Positions 52,012-64,000 of a stretch of 64,000 nt of DNA are shown in pieces. The notes beneath the pieces are model-generated. The model searched no databases, was not told the origin of the DNA, and saw nothing but the letters and a program-made list of their open reading frames with translations. Positions within the stretch are counted from its first letter, which is position 1, and each line of letters starts with the position of its first letter. This DNA is from Octopus bimaculoides. Its lineage: Eukaryota. Location: contig NC_068981.1 in the NCBI RefSeq assembly GCF_001194135.2, forward strand, positions 92,528,292 through 92,592,291. Direction: 5' to 3'. A program made the translations under genes and the position numbers.

Positions 52012-52420
52012 GGATGGGGAGCTAGCTGAAAGGTTAGCACGCCGGAGAAAATGTTTAGCTGCATCCAGTCCGTCTTTACGTTCTGAGTTCAAGTGCTTCC
52101 AAGATCAACTTTGCCTATTGTTCTTTCGGGGTCGATAAAAATTACCAGACTGCGAACTGGGGTCGACGGAATTGACTCGCCCCACGTCCACAAAATTTCA
52201 AAGATTCCGTTTGTAACAGAAAATATTTTATAGAAAAAAAGTGTGGTAAACAAGCAGGACAAAATTCTTAGCAGCATTTCATCCAACTTTTTTTTCTGTG
52301 TACAAATTCAGCCGAGATTGATTTTCTTTCCATCTACTTCAGGGCGACAACTACTAGCCGAGCACTGGGTCGATGTAATCCACCTACCCATTCCTCTAAA
52401 TTTCAAATTTTGCGCCTGTC
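52012..52420 (+). mobile_element. SINE family A: full copy (52012-52215) plus a 3' partial copy (about 52300-52420)
   Basis: GGGGAGCTAGCTGAAAGGTTAGCACGCCGG..GTTCTGAGTTCAA..CAACTTTGCC..TTTCGGGGTCGATAAAA..CTGGGGTCGA. The second piece reads AAATTCAGCCGAG..GCACTGGGTCGATGTAATC. Confidence 0.78.
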
Positions 52421-54524
52421 GCAGAAGAAGAATTGCTTTAGAGAAAACAGTATAAACATTTAGAAAACAAATTTCATTGAATATTATATTGTCTCCATAA
52501 CTCTTAGTAAGCCAGTGCATCACTTTGTTTTTCTACCTACTTACCGTTCTATATCTTACTATTTAGCGGTGTGTTCCCTTTTAAAGTTTTATTTATTGTA
52601 GGATTTGTCGCTTTTTCTTTTTCTGTTTGGAATATTCGTTTATGATTCGTTTAGCTTTGCATTGAAGAGATACTATAATTGGAATATTGTAAGCGTTTAC
52701 GGATCACGAAACGCCAATAGAAAAATAAAGTTTTACAAATTTCAATTTATTAAATAAGATCAATTGCACATGTTGCTGAACATTGTACGTCACTGGATAA
52801 TCACGGTACAACCTCTGTACATGTAAGAGTCAATTCATGTTATTGTTAGAGACTACATTCCGAATTTGATCACACTCATTTCTCGCCTCTGGTCGAATCT
52901 ACCAAACTGGTAACAGACATATTTCAAATATATATGCAACCATGACATGTAGATGTTTTTACTCACACCAGATTCTTATTGCTTAAGCCAGGTGTTTTGT
53001 TAGTTTAGGTAATGATATACAATATTTTTCACATATGTCTATCACTCACTCAGATAAATGCACATTTACAAGTATTCACCAACAATTATGCACAGTTGTT
53101 TCCCAGTAGATTTCCTTGAGAACATTTATGTATATTCATGGTATTGTTTTCATTAGAGATGTATTTCACTCTGCTAGCAACACGTATTTCTTCACATTTT
53201 AACTTGTGGCGTTTTTCTGTGTCTTACTATCGTAGACACGTTTCTATCGACATCGATTTATTCATGCAAAAAATAATCTTTAGTGATGTTACTCAATTTA
53301 TGTAATAGGAGCATCATCCTACCTATTACAAGCCACATATACAAACACAGACACACACACACAAACATTCGTTATGATGTACAAGTATAAAAACACCGAA
53401 GCTGCTTTACTCGAGGCAAAAACTGTAGGAGCTAGCTCTACAGTATCATCATGTTGGAAACGTTTCTGTATCATCAGTAGGTTCTCAGGGCCAAAATCAT
53501 TTCACTCTTTGGCATGTACGCTTTGATTCTTTGATTAAGCGAGTATACTATTAGTTCTCGCTTTCAGTAGAGTTCCGCCTCCGATCTTTTATGAACGATA
53601 GCCAACTGTGGCTGTTTTCAGCCGTCATTCCTATCTCGTGGAGGGCATGTTTCAATTCAATCGTCTGCAAGAAATAAAGCACCTACCTAGTTGGATAGCC
53701 TTTGCATCATGTCATCTCTTCACAAGGACCTTATCGACCAAGACCTACTATTTTCTTTTCTATGGTTATGTATATTTGTATCAAGACATTTCTCAGTGTC
53801 AACCGATATTGAAAACAAAACTAGATTAATATCGGACAATAACAAAGTTTTATTTTGCTTTCGTCCAACTACGTTGTTTTCATCTCTTATTTCAAATACA
53901 TGGTTACTAAGAAATATGAATGCTACTTAGCTGTATTTCATCTCAGAAAATGTAAAAGAAATGATATCTAACATTTTCTCTTAGTCTTGATATTTCCTCT
54001 ATGAATAGATAATTACTAAAACCTTATATATCACAATCAGTATAATCAACTATAATATTACTATTACTTTATACTTGCCTTTGAAGTAATGATACAGTTA
54101 CTTTTATCTTACACAATGTGTGATGTTTATATACATGAAAATTATTGTAATTTTATTTAATGACTGCTTTCCATTTTCATTTGAAGTTCTTTTGTAGGAC
54201 CTGGTACTATTTCCTATTAAAAATAAAAAAAGTGTATTAACTTACATTCATATTAAAGATATAAAGCGATTAACGGTTCATAGAATGTTCATTTTCTAAT
54301 TATTCAATATCTTAAGTATAGGTGAATATTTGATTAAACTTGAATTGTCCATAGTCTTTCTTTTTAAAGTTACCAATAATATTTACAATCTTGACTATTC
54401 AGAAACGAAATTTTAAGTTTAGGAACAGTTTATAGACAATGTAACAAATATGCATTATTGAAAAATGGAAAGGAATGTGTTTGAAATTGAATATATCCAT
54501 TACAATCATATATAAATATATGCA

Positions 54525-55046
54525 ATATCGGTGGGTCATTTGCAATTTACAACCTAAAGGTGGAAATATACACTTAAATATACACTTCACTTAAATGGCA
54601 AAGGTTACTGACGAGCACCAGTATTGCTAAAAATAAGAGTCAAAATAACTCAATGGCTACGGAATGCACTATCTTAATGACTGACAAGGGAGGCAAGCTC
54701 ACTGCAGCAGCATACATAGATCATTGATGATTTCGCATTTTAATGCTTTCACATCTTACTACTCATTAGTTGCCCTAACCATACCTAGGGTTAAATTCAG
54801 CTCTCATTCTCAGTTTATAAGATTTCCGTTGAAATCACACGCTGATTTCATAACCGATGAAAATGAAAATGATATATAATATGGGCGGCTTATTGGTAAT
54901 TTTACAACCTAAATCCAGAAATATAGACGTCATTAAAATGACAAAGGACACTAACCAGCATCAGTGTTGATAGAAATAAGAGTCAATCCAACTCAATAGC
55001 CACGGAAAGCACTATCATAATGATTGACAAGGGAGGCAAGATCCAC
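54525..55046 (+). repeat. Diverged direct duplication of a segment of about 170 bp (54525-54702 and 54878-55046)
   Basis: The blocks TTTACAACCTAAA, AAATAAGAGTCAA, AACTCAAT, GCACTATC and TGACAAGGGAGGCAAG are shared in the same order. Confidence 0.8.
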
Positions 55047-56214
55047 ATATATATATATATATATATANNNNNNNNNNNNNNNNNNNNNNNNNNNNNNNNN
55101 NNNNNNNNNNNNNNNNNNNNNNNNNNNNNNNNNNNNNNNNNNNNNNNNNNNNNNNNNNNNNNNNNNNNNNNNNNNNNNNNNNNNNNNNNNNNNNNNNNNN
55201 NNNNNNNNNNNNNNNNNNNNNNNNNNNNNNNNNNNNNNNNNNNNNNNNNNNNNNNNNNNNNNNNNNNNNNNNNNNNNNNNNNNNNNNNNNNNNNNNNNNN
55301 NNNNNNNNNNNNNNNNNNNNNNNNNNNNNNNNNNNNNNNNNNNNNNNNNNNNNNNNNNNNNNNNNNNNNNNNNNNNNNNNNNNNNNNNNNNNNNNNNNNN
55401 NNNNNNNNNNNNNNNNNNNNNNNNNNNNNNNNNNNNNNNNNNNNNNNNNNNNNNNNNNNNNNNNNNNNNNNNNNNNNNNNNNNNNNNNNNNNNNNNNNNN
55501 NNNNNNNNNNNNNNNNNNNNNNNNNNNNNNNNNNNNNNNNNNNNNNNNNNNNNNNNNNNNNNNNNNNNNNNNNNNNNNNNNNNNNNNNNNNNNNNNNNNN
55601 NNNNNNNNNNNNNNNNNNNNNNNNNNNNNNNNNNNNNNNNNNNNNNNNNNNNNNNNNNNNNNNNNNNNNNNNNNNNNNNNNNNNNNNNNNNNNNNNNNNN
55701 NNNNNNNNNNNNNNNNNNNNNNNNNNNNNNNNNNNNNNNNNNNNNNNNNNNNNNNNNNNNNNNNNNNNNNNNNNNNNNNNNNNNNNNNNNNNNNNNNNNN
55801 NNNNNNNNNNNNNNNNNNNNNNNNNNNNNNNNNNNNNNNNNNNNNNNNNNNNNNNNNNNNNNNNNNNNNNNNNNNNNNNNNNNNNNNNNNNNNNNNNNNN
55901 NNTACTCTGATATAAAACATGCAGTCAACTTAGTACTAGTCATCTTGCTCTCGCTTGTCACTGGATTATACTATTTTGACCTAGAGAGTGGCAAAGGTGT
56001 TGTACAAGCGTTTGTCACTAAAATCCAATGAAGTACAGATGTCCCCAACAAGACAAAACACTGTCAAATCACAGTCATCTTAGTATGACTCGAGAAAAAA
56101 TTAGGGAAAAGAAAGAGAGAGAGAGGAGGGGGAAGGATGGATGGGGGGAAGAAGGAAAAAGGAGTGAGAAGGGCAAGAGAGGAGAGGAAGAAAGAAGAAA
56201 GGAGGAGAGAAAAG

Positions 56215-57479
56215 TCCTGTGGCGATGGAGGAGTGGCGACGTATGCAGACTTGACCGGTTAGAAGCATACAGTTACAAATCCGCACATAAGGCGGCAGGG
56301 TTCTTATCTTAACATCGCTAACATGTCTTCATGGACAGGGGCTGTTTTCGGTGGAGAATCCTGTGTCTGAGCAGCCCTTTTAAGGAGAACACTGCTCACC
56401 TGGATATACTGGGAAGGTGCTAGAAAAGGTGCATTAAAAGTTGTCTGTTCGCACTCTGCTGGTTAGTTTACTGCGGCTAACGGTGGTTCAATATAGCAGG
56501 AACGAACGAAGAAATATAAGCAATAATAAAAAGTATGCGAGGAAAAAGGTTTTACTTAACTTGGCATGCTGGAATGAGAGAACTCTCTTGGATCGAGCGG
56601 ATAGGCCTGAAAGAAGAACAGCTCTAGTAACTAAGGAGCTGAGACGTCTTAATGTTGATATTGCAGCTCTATCTGAAACAAGATGTTCAGGCGAAGATCA
56701 TCTTGTTGAAAGAGCAACCGACTTCACAGTGTTCTGGGTTGGGAGGCCAAATGGAGAGAAAAGGGAGGGTGGTGTTGGGTTTGCAATTAGAAGTAATTTA
56801 CTGAAAGACCTAGAACAACAACAAAGTATAAATGACCGCATGATGAAACTCCGGATCCTTCTCTCTTGTGGACGCTTTGTGACTGTTTTCTCCATCTATG
56901 CTCCCACACTCTCAGCAAATGAAGAAAATATCCATGCATTCTATGAGGAACTTAGAAGTAGTATCCTCTCAGTCCCTCTGAATGAGAAGTTGGTTGTGCT
57001 GGGCGATTTCAATGTACGTGTTGGCAGGGAAATAGTGCTTGGAATGCACCTGGGCGGTATGGAATAGGTAAGGTGAACAAAAATGGTTTACACCTGCTAC
57101 AAATGTGCTCTGAACTAGAGTTGGCTGTTGGGAACACATTTTTTCACCATAAGCTGAAACATAAAGTCACCTGGATTCATCCAAGATCAAAGCAAGGTCA
57201 CATGATTGACCTTGTATCACCTCGGAAATCTGACCTACAGGATTTGTGTAGTCTCAGAGTATTGCGAAGAGCTGATTGTGATACTGATCACAAAATGGTT
57301 AGGGCTAAGTTCAAATTCAGGGTTCGTACAAGAATGCGCAGTGCGGGTGTGCGAGTCCCCCCAAAAATTGATGTAGGACAACTTAAACAGCCACAGGTCT
57401 CACAGCTATTTCGGGATAGATGCAGTAATATTTATTTTGAAGGTTCATGGCAATCTTTTCGAGAAGGATTATATAAGGC
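56215..57479 (+). mobile_element. RTE-clade LINE, 5' portion (5' UTR plus APE endonuclease), 3' part missing
   Basis: LACWNERTLLD..RPERRTALV..EL.RLNVDIAALSETR..GGVGFAI..YAPT..FYEEL..LGDFNVRVG; a 1-nt frameshift at about 57032; then AWNAPGRYGIGKVNKNG.LL..C..L..GNTFF..TW.HPRSK..IDL..DCDTDH. This is a typical RTE/BovB-like endonuclease. It stops at (TAGA)n. Confidence 0.92.

Positions 57480-57570
<91 letters not shown>
57480..57570. repeat. Perfect (TAGA)n tetranucleotide microsatellite
   Basis: Seen directly. Confidence 0.98.
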
Positions 57571-59965
57571 GCAATTCAAACCTCTTCGTGATTATATCAA
57601 TAAAACTGTATTTGATATGTGTGAACTGGCGAAATGACCGCTCAAACAATCGAAGAAGTGGGAACAAGACATTATTTCAAACACTATAAAGCGATCTACG
57701 AGTGTTAAATTCCTTAACGTAATTACTAGCAAACAATATAAATAATATTTCAATATCATTGTAAACAACATCCAAATTATTGTGATGATCGTTGTGATAT
57801 AACAATTTTTATTATGATTAGTGACATTTGATATATTGTAGTGCCCAATGTGATAAAATGGATTCGGTAAATATATAAGAAAATGCTTTCAAATAATGAT
57901 ATTGATCACACTCGTTGTTTCGTGATGACACGGTAGTACTGAGTGTATATTATGTGCTTGTAGGAAGGCAAATTGACGATTACGTTTTCGAATAACTTCC
58001 AGCTATGTTTTGCCATTAATCTATCGGACACATTGTGCAAACAATCGGTAATGTAAGGTAAATATTTCTGCCAAGACTGCTATTGATTTAAAGGATGACA
58101 TTTTGTCTTGTGATGTCAAAATTCCGAAATCGATAAAAAGAAAGATAATATGCTAGCATAAATAATTATGTAATAAAATATACAGAAAAAAGGAGAAATT
58201 TGTTCGTACTGGTATGCATGATTACTGAGGTGTCCACAGTTACATATATAAATAAACCACTACACCTTTAGAAAAATTAAGCCATCTAGTGAGCTAAAAA
58301 AAAATTCGGATATGAGCAAGGTTTTGAATATATAGAACATATATCACGTAGCTACATTTAATGTTAAGATGGCATCGATATTCCAAGTAAAAATCATTCC
58401 ATGTTCTGAACTAGTGTTAATCATACATTCTCATTTACTAAAGTGATAGCATCAGCCTGTACTGGTGTTATATAGCAATTCTTGTCTGACTGTGTCACAT
58501 CTATATATTTTGAACAGGAAGTTCAGTTGTGTTTCTTTGTTCATTGTCAGCAACTTCTCGGACGAAAACAAATTTTGTTGTTCTTCCATCGAAATACAGC
58601 AATATCTATATAAAAAAATACCTGCAACGTGGCCTATTACTGCAATTACGCACCTATTTGATATTATCCCATGCACTTTATATTAAGAAAAATTAATGAA
58701 CCATATATTTTACGAAAAGATCATCAAATAGGTATCAGTCTAGTGTATCATATTACGAAAAGATTTTCAAACGGATGTCAGTTTAGGATCTGCAAAATAT
58801 ATTATGTTCGGTCATTCTTATCGCACTTATTCCAGAAATGTGATTCTAGATAGGAATCTGAGAAGCAAACTTCGATTATGCTTATATATTTACTACATAT
58901 ATTTAGATGACCAACTGAGCAATCATTTGTTCATTTGATTACTGAGTGATAAGGAGACGAGAAAGAGTCTATAAACCAGTGCAGAGCGAACATCTTGTAA
59001 GACACATAATTTTTCGGTTCTTTCGTTAATGATAACATCCTTCATTGGCATATATCGGAGAAATATTTTACGCACAGATGTAGAGACGCACATAGCACAC
59101 TTCCAAACGCACGTACAGAATATACAGTTGCGTCAGTGTGTGTGTACTAACATATGTATATATATATATTTATATATATATANNNNNNNNNNNNNNNNNN
59201 NNNNNNNNNNNNNNNNNNNNNNNNNNNNNNNNNNNNNNNNNNNNNNNNNNNNNNNNNNNNNNNNNNNNNNNNNNNNNNNNNNNNNNNNNNNNNNNNNNNN
59301 NNNNNNNNNNNNNNNNNNNNNNNNNNNNNNNNNNNNNNNNNNNNNNNNNNNNNNNNNNNNNNNNNNNNNNNNNNNNNNNNNNNNNNNNNNNNNNNNNNNN
59401 NNNNNNNNNNNNNNNNNNNNNNNNNNNNNNNNNNNNNNNNNNNNNNNNNNNNNNNNNNNNNNNNNNNNNNNNNNNNNNNNNNNNNNNNNNNNNNNNNNNN
59501 NNNNNNNNNNNNNNNNNNNNNNNNNNNNNNNNNNNNNNNNNNNNNNNNNNNNNNNNNNNNNNNNNNNNNNNNNNNNNNNNNNNNNNNNNNNNNNNNNNNN
59601 NNNNNNNNNNNNNNNNNNNNNNNNNNNNNNNNNNNNNNNNNNNNNNNNNNNNNNNNNNNNNNNNNNNNNNNNNNNNNNNNNNNNNNNNNNNNNNNNNNNN
59701 NNNNNNNNNNNNNNNNNNNNNNNNNNNNNNNNNNNNNNNNNNNNNNNNNNNNNNNNNNNNNNNNNNNNNNNNNNNNNNNNNNNNNNNNNNNNNNNNNNNN
59801 NNNNNNNNNNNNNNNNNNNNNNNNNNNNNNNNNNNNNNNNNNNNNNNNNNNNNNNNNNNNNNNNNNNNNNNNNNNNNNNNNNNNNNNNNNNNNNNNNNNN
59901 NNNNNNNNNNNNNNNNNNNNNNNNNNNNNNNNNNNNNNNNNNNNNNNNNNNNNNNNNNNNNNNNN

Positions 59966-60004
<39 letters not shown>

Positions 60005-60785
60005 CACGTACATATCTATATATATATATAGAGAGAGAGAGAGTGAGAGACAAAGAGAGAGAGAAAGTGATGTCACTTCAATCTTCATGGTTTCATCCGA
60101 CATCACCTCTCAATTATTGAATTCCTTTTGGTGAAAATATTACTTATAACCATCTTTCACTGTCGTGCATTAACTCATCTCTCGACCGTAAAACTGGTGT
60201 ATCTACAGTTATGTGTCTCGAAAGGAGGTCGCGTTGCACTTACCAAACAGTCATTCTATTGTAAACATTCTCTACTTCGTGGATTGGGAATATCGTGGAA
60301 AAGAATATAGAGACATACGTCGATTTTGAGCATCGACGAACATTTCACATTGCTGTCGACTGTTATGAGGTAGTTTCTTATCCTAGTCAAGCTCTTTGGT
60401 AGATCTCAATCTGTGGATAAGCGAAGAAACTTAATTTGAACTTTCGATTTGGAATGTTTTCAGGTGCCGATACATGACTACAAGTTGTTTGATGCTGTCA
60501 GTGAAGCTTCAACATCCATAGTTTATTGAGGATTTTTCGGTGAGAAAGAGCAACAATATGCATGGATGAAATCTGGGCGTTGATGTAAATTTTCTGGTTA
60601 GTTTGCTCCGAATATATTTTTCCGGGACCTAAAAATAATTTACTGAGGTCCCAAGCCTGACACCGTTACTGTTATATGTCCACTCTATTGGATTACTTGG
60701 TTTTAGAATGTTACATTTGGTCTTTAGTTATGTTACATGTTATAAGTTATAAATTTAAACACCACCAATTGTGTCGTTTTGTTGG

Positions 60786-60816
<31 letters not shown>

Positions 60817-61765
60817 TTCGCTTCCTCTGGTTTATTGCCTTGTGTCTATGTAAGAAATGATTTCTGCTCTATTCTGAGAGAGTTGAACGTCTTTCTTCTA
60901 GATCTCCAATATCGATGATTTTAACAGGCTAATAGACTTGCCTCGCAAGAAAACTACATTTTCTATTATGGACGTTGCAAATTTAACGCTTAGAACGTAA
61001 TTGTTAAACTGATTTTTCCATTTGTTTTGCTCATTTGGGGAAAAATATAGTATTTAAATTTAAGAATAAAATGTCTTGTTTCCTAATTATTATAATCAAT
61101 AAATATGCAAGCCTCCACCATACCCGTAACTATCAAACGAAAACAAAATCTTTTATCAGGTAGTAGACAGAAACAAATAATTTGATTTAATTCAATTATA
61201 GAAAAAGTTTATGATGAAAATGTATTTAGTTTCCTTGAAGTAAACAATTACCCTGAATTTGAAAACATTTAAATACTCGAAAAAGCTTGTGAAAATACTG
61301 GTAATAAACCGCACGCGCGCCCCACGATGTTAAAACAATAAAAAAGAGGGTAACCATTTCCAACCCTCCTTCTTTATGTGATGTTACCTGAACGATACAG
61401 GCTCTAGATATGAATTACTTAACGTGGAATTAATCTATATGGAGGACCATAAAACAGGGAAAGATTCATGCCGATGTGTTCTCGTCTTGGGGTGTGAGTA
61501 AAAAGAAAGTAATTTATCTGAGCCTTTAGAAAGAAAAAAAACGTGTTTCTTCATGTCTTTGTAAGTGTAACAGCATGGTTAACATATCATACATAAGTTG
61601 ATAAATATAATTTCAAATATATATAATATATAAAATGGAAGATTTACGATAAAGAGGTCGAATTCATGCATTCCAAAGTTGTCCAGCTAATCATCAATTT
61701 TTGTAATAAATTAATAATACTGGCAAATAAATGAATCAGCTATATGTATTAATATATTTTTGTAT

Positions 61766-61975
61766 AGGTGGAGAACTGGTAGAATCGTTAGCACTCCGGA
61801 CGAAATGCCTTGTGGCATTTGTTCCGGCTTTACCTACTGAATTGACATTCCACCGAGGTAGCCTTTGCCTCTAATTCTTTCGGACTCGATAAAATAATTG
61901 CCAGTGGACCACTGTGGTCCACGCAATCGACTTCTTTGCTTTCTCTCACAATGTCAGGCCTTGTGCCTACAGTAA
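61766..61975 (+). mobile_element. SINE family A, full-length decayed copy
   Basis: GGTGGAGAACTGGTAGAATCGTTAGCACTCCGGACGAAATGC..CCGAGGTAGCCTTTGCC..CTTTCGG.CTCGATAAAATAA..AATCGACTT..GGCCTTGTGCC. Confidence 0.8.
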
Positions 61976-63351
61976 AAGGAGTATCATTTCAGTCGTAAAT
62001 ACTTGTAATGATAGCTATCACCTCACAATCAAACAATTCTCTGTTCCTGCTTTTTCTTTCTGATTTATATTCGAAGAATGTGATTAAGTTGTTTTTTGTT
62101 CTTTTTACATTTACTGCTCCACACATATTTTTTATGTTGTGGTACAAGATTCTATTTATGAATTATCTTTATAGTGACGCTGATTATGTTTACGGTGATT
62201 GTTTGTCCTTTCAGTCCACGCGTTCTGGTTATCTCAGTTTCGATATCTTTATGTAAGAGTAAGTTCTCTATTCCTGTTAATATCATGTCAGGAGCACCAT
62301 TTTCCCCGATGATTATTTGGCCAGAACGTCTGTCTGAAGTCTCTTTTGAGGTTAAACATACTCCTGAGAGAATTTATCGGAAACGTTTTTGAAAAAAACG
62401 GTTCTAAGAGTGATATCATATTGTTATATTTCAACTCGTTTTTCTTATAGTCATTTACCCCGAGTCACTTTGATGTTTTAACTGCTGCCGAAGTTATCTT
62501 TCTCTTTCGTTCTTCTATTTTAAATAAACTTCACTGCAAAATTAGGGTAATTGATTGTTGAAATGTTTAGAACGTCAAAAGAAATACTTTGCTTTATCAG
62601 TTCCGTTCAATTGTATTCTCAATTCAAATTCCACCGTGGATTCCTTGGTTGTCAAACTTCCGCTGTAGTCTAGTTTAAGATCTCCATCAAGCTTTGTCGT
62701 TCTTTCACGGTGTCTACATTCTGTAACAAACATTCCAGCCTATTATCAGATTTGATGGCATCTTCATCTCATTAATGTTTGGAATCACTAAAATTACTTA
62801 TTCGTACTGCTCCTCCGTCTGGTATGAGAATTAAAAATCAAGCACTAGTTAGTATTCATATAATAGACTAAAAAAACTGACGTTTGGCACGGCAGCATGA
62901 TTCAATGTCATTTTATTCGTTGTAATGCAAGATTTATGCCCTCACCATTGTATGATATAATACTGTCCATATTATGTGGTGAACTTAGTGTCAACTACTT
63001 CTAATACCTAATAAATATTAGATTACTCATTTACATTGATAGTAAAGGTTATGCATTTATTCATAATCTTTCTTGTTAGAGATACGGTACCTTGCAACCC
63101 TATCAAAAATAAAACCTGACGAATACCGGTTCGGAAATTATTTAATATCTATATGAGCAGATATCAATTAACATCAGATTGTAGAAAAATGCGTTTTGTA
63201 AATAGAACTGGTGCAACTCGTGAGCTGAATGCAAATAATTGCATATATTAAATGTAAGAATCGATTACCTATTCAGAAAATTTACAAACGCCCACACAAG
63301 AGCATAGAAAAGTGTCCCTACAAACACAACACAAATTTATATCCACACACA

Positions 63352-63453
<102 letters not shown>

Positions 63454-63569
63454 AACGTAGAAGATTTTCCATTTTTCCTAAGCGGTAATCTAATAATACA
63501 CTTACTTGTTCCTACACCTGTCTTCTTTTGTTGCTTTTACTTTTGTAAATTTGAAGTATATATATATAT

Positions 63570-63740
63570 AATACAAGATGGAACGAGGACGCAAAACATC
63601 CAGACAGTTAGGTGATACAAGAAAGCGACAAAACATAGAGATAGATGATACAAAGAAAACACGGCAGGTCATTCGGAGTTTTCTCTCTTCAGTCGAGATC
63701 CAGATTATCCTTGCAATTTCGGCTGGTTATTGACACACTT
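63570..63740 (-). mobile_element. Probable Penelope-type pseudo-LTR remnant abutting (TA)n
   Basis: The minus strand has GACTGAAGAGAGAAAACTCCGAATGACC (hammerhead-like, with GAAT instead of GAAA) in a pyrimidine-rich context. Its 3' end runs into (TA)n at about 63556-63570. Confidence 0.4.
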
Positions 63741-63759
63741 TCACTAAAATATCGTGCGT

Positions 63760-63845
63760 GTGTGGTACTAATTTTGCTTCCCACCACATGATTCCCGGTT
63801 CTGTCTCCCTGTGTGGAGCCTGAAGAAGTGCCTTTCTCGTCGCTT
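63760..63845 (+). mobile_element. SINE family B head fragment
   Basis: GTGTGGTACTAATTTTGCTTCCCACCACATGATTCCCGGTTCTGTCTCCCTGTGTGG resembles the reverse complement of 45960-46032. Confidence 0.55.
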
Positions 63846-64000
63846 TCATGTATTTCGCATTCACCGACGTACGATCGTTGAGTACCCGATAAGCTGCCGT
63901 AACGGCTGCCGCAGTCCGGTTAAATCATGGAAAGTGTAGCCGAATACTCTGAAACTTTCAGTGAGCTACGGCTTGTCAACCTTTCCATGTGAAGACCGGA

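Noticed and set aside
53445-53480. Minus-strand CTGATGA-TACA-GAAACGTT hammerhead cores
   Set aside because: Only 4 nt lie between the cores, so helix II cannot form, and there is no helix I pairing. It is chance or a deleted relic.

Overview
AT-rich eukaryotic draft-genome DNA with 16 N-gaps (about 6.0 kb in total), most of them flanked by (TA)n. It is dense in microsatellites and decayed transposable elements. The SINE families and repeat landscape suggest a coleoid cephalopod, most likely Octopus; this is recognition from memory, not a search result. I could not recognise any host protein-coding gene, rRNA, true tRNA or CRISPR array, and nearly all long ORFs in the track are artefacts of microsatellites or N-runs. 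Supportable content: three groups of tRNA-derived SINEs; a CR1-group APE endonuclease fragment (11.9-13.1 kb); a 5'-truncated CRE-clade RLE-type retrotransposon relic not shown by the ORF track (13.6-15.0 kb); a Penelope-like (Neptune-type) GIY-YIG fragment with a perfect in-frame 15-bp minisatellite (21.1-21.8 kb); Penelope-type pseudo-LTRs carrying minimal hammerhead ribozyme motifs (18.3-18.9 kb as an inverted pair, and 22.5 kb); a mariner MITE, a mariner 5' end and a near full-length Tc1 (DD34E) element; two RTE-clade LINE pieces; an internally deleted two-LTR Gypsy element; and a near-perfect 99-nt hairpin at 7.1 kb. All translations and alignments were done by eye. Family names need Dfam/Repbase/HMM confirmation. 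I found no solid evidence for a wholly new biological system. The most interesting leads are the hammerhead-bearing repeats abutting (TA)n, the minisatellite expansion inside the GIY-YIG domain, the CRE relic, the SINE that carries an internal microsatellite, and the 7.1 kb hairpin.
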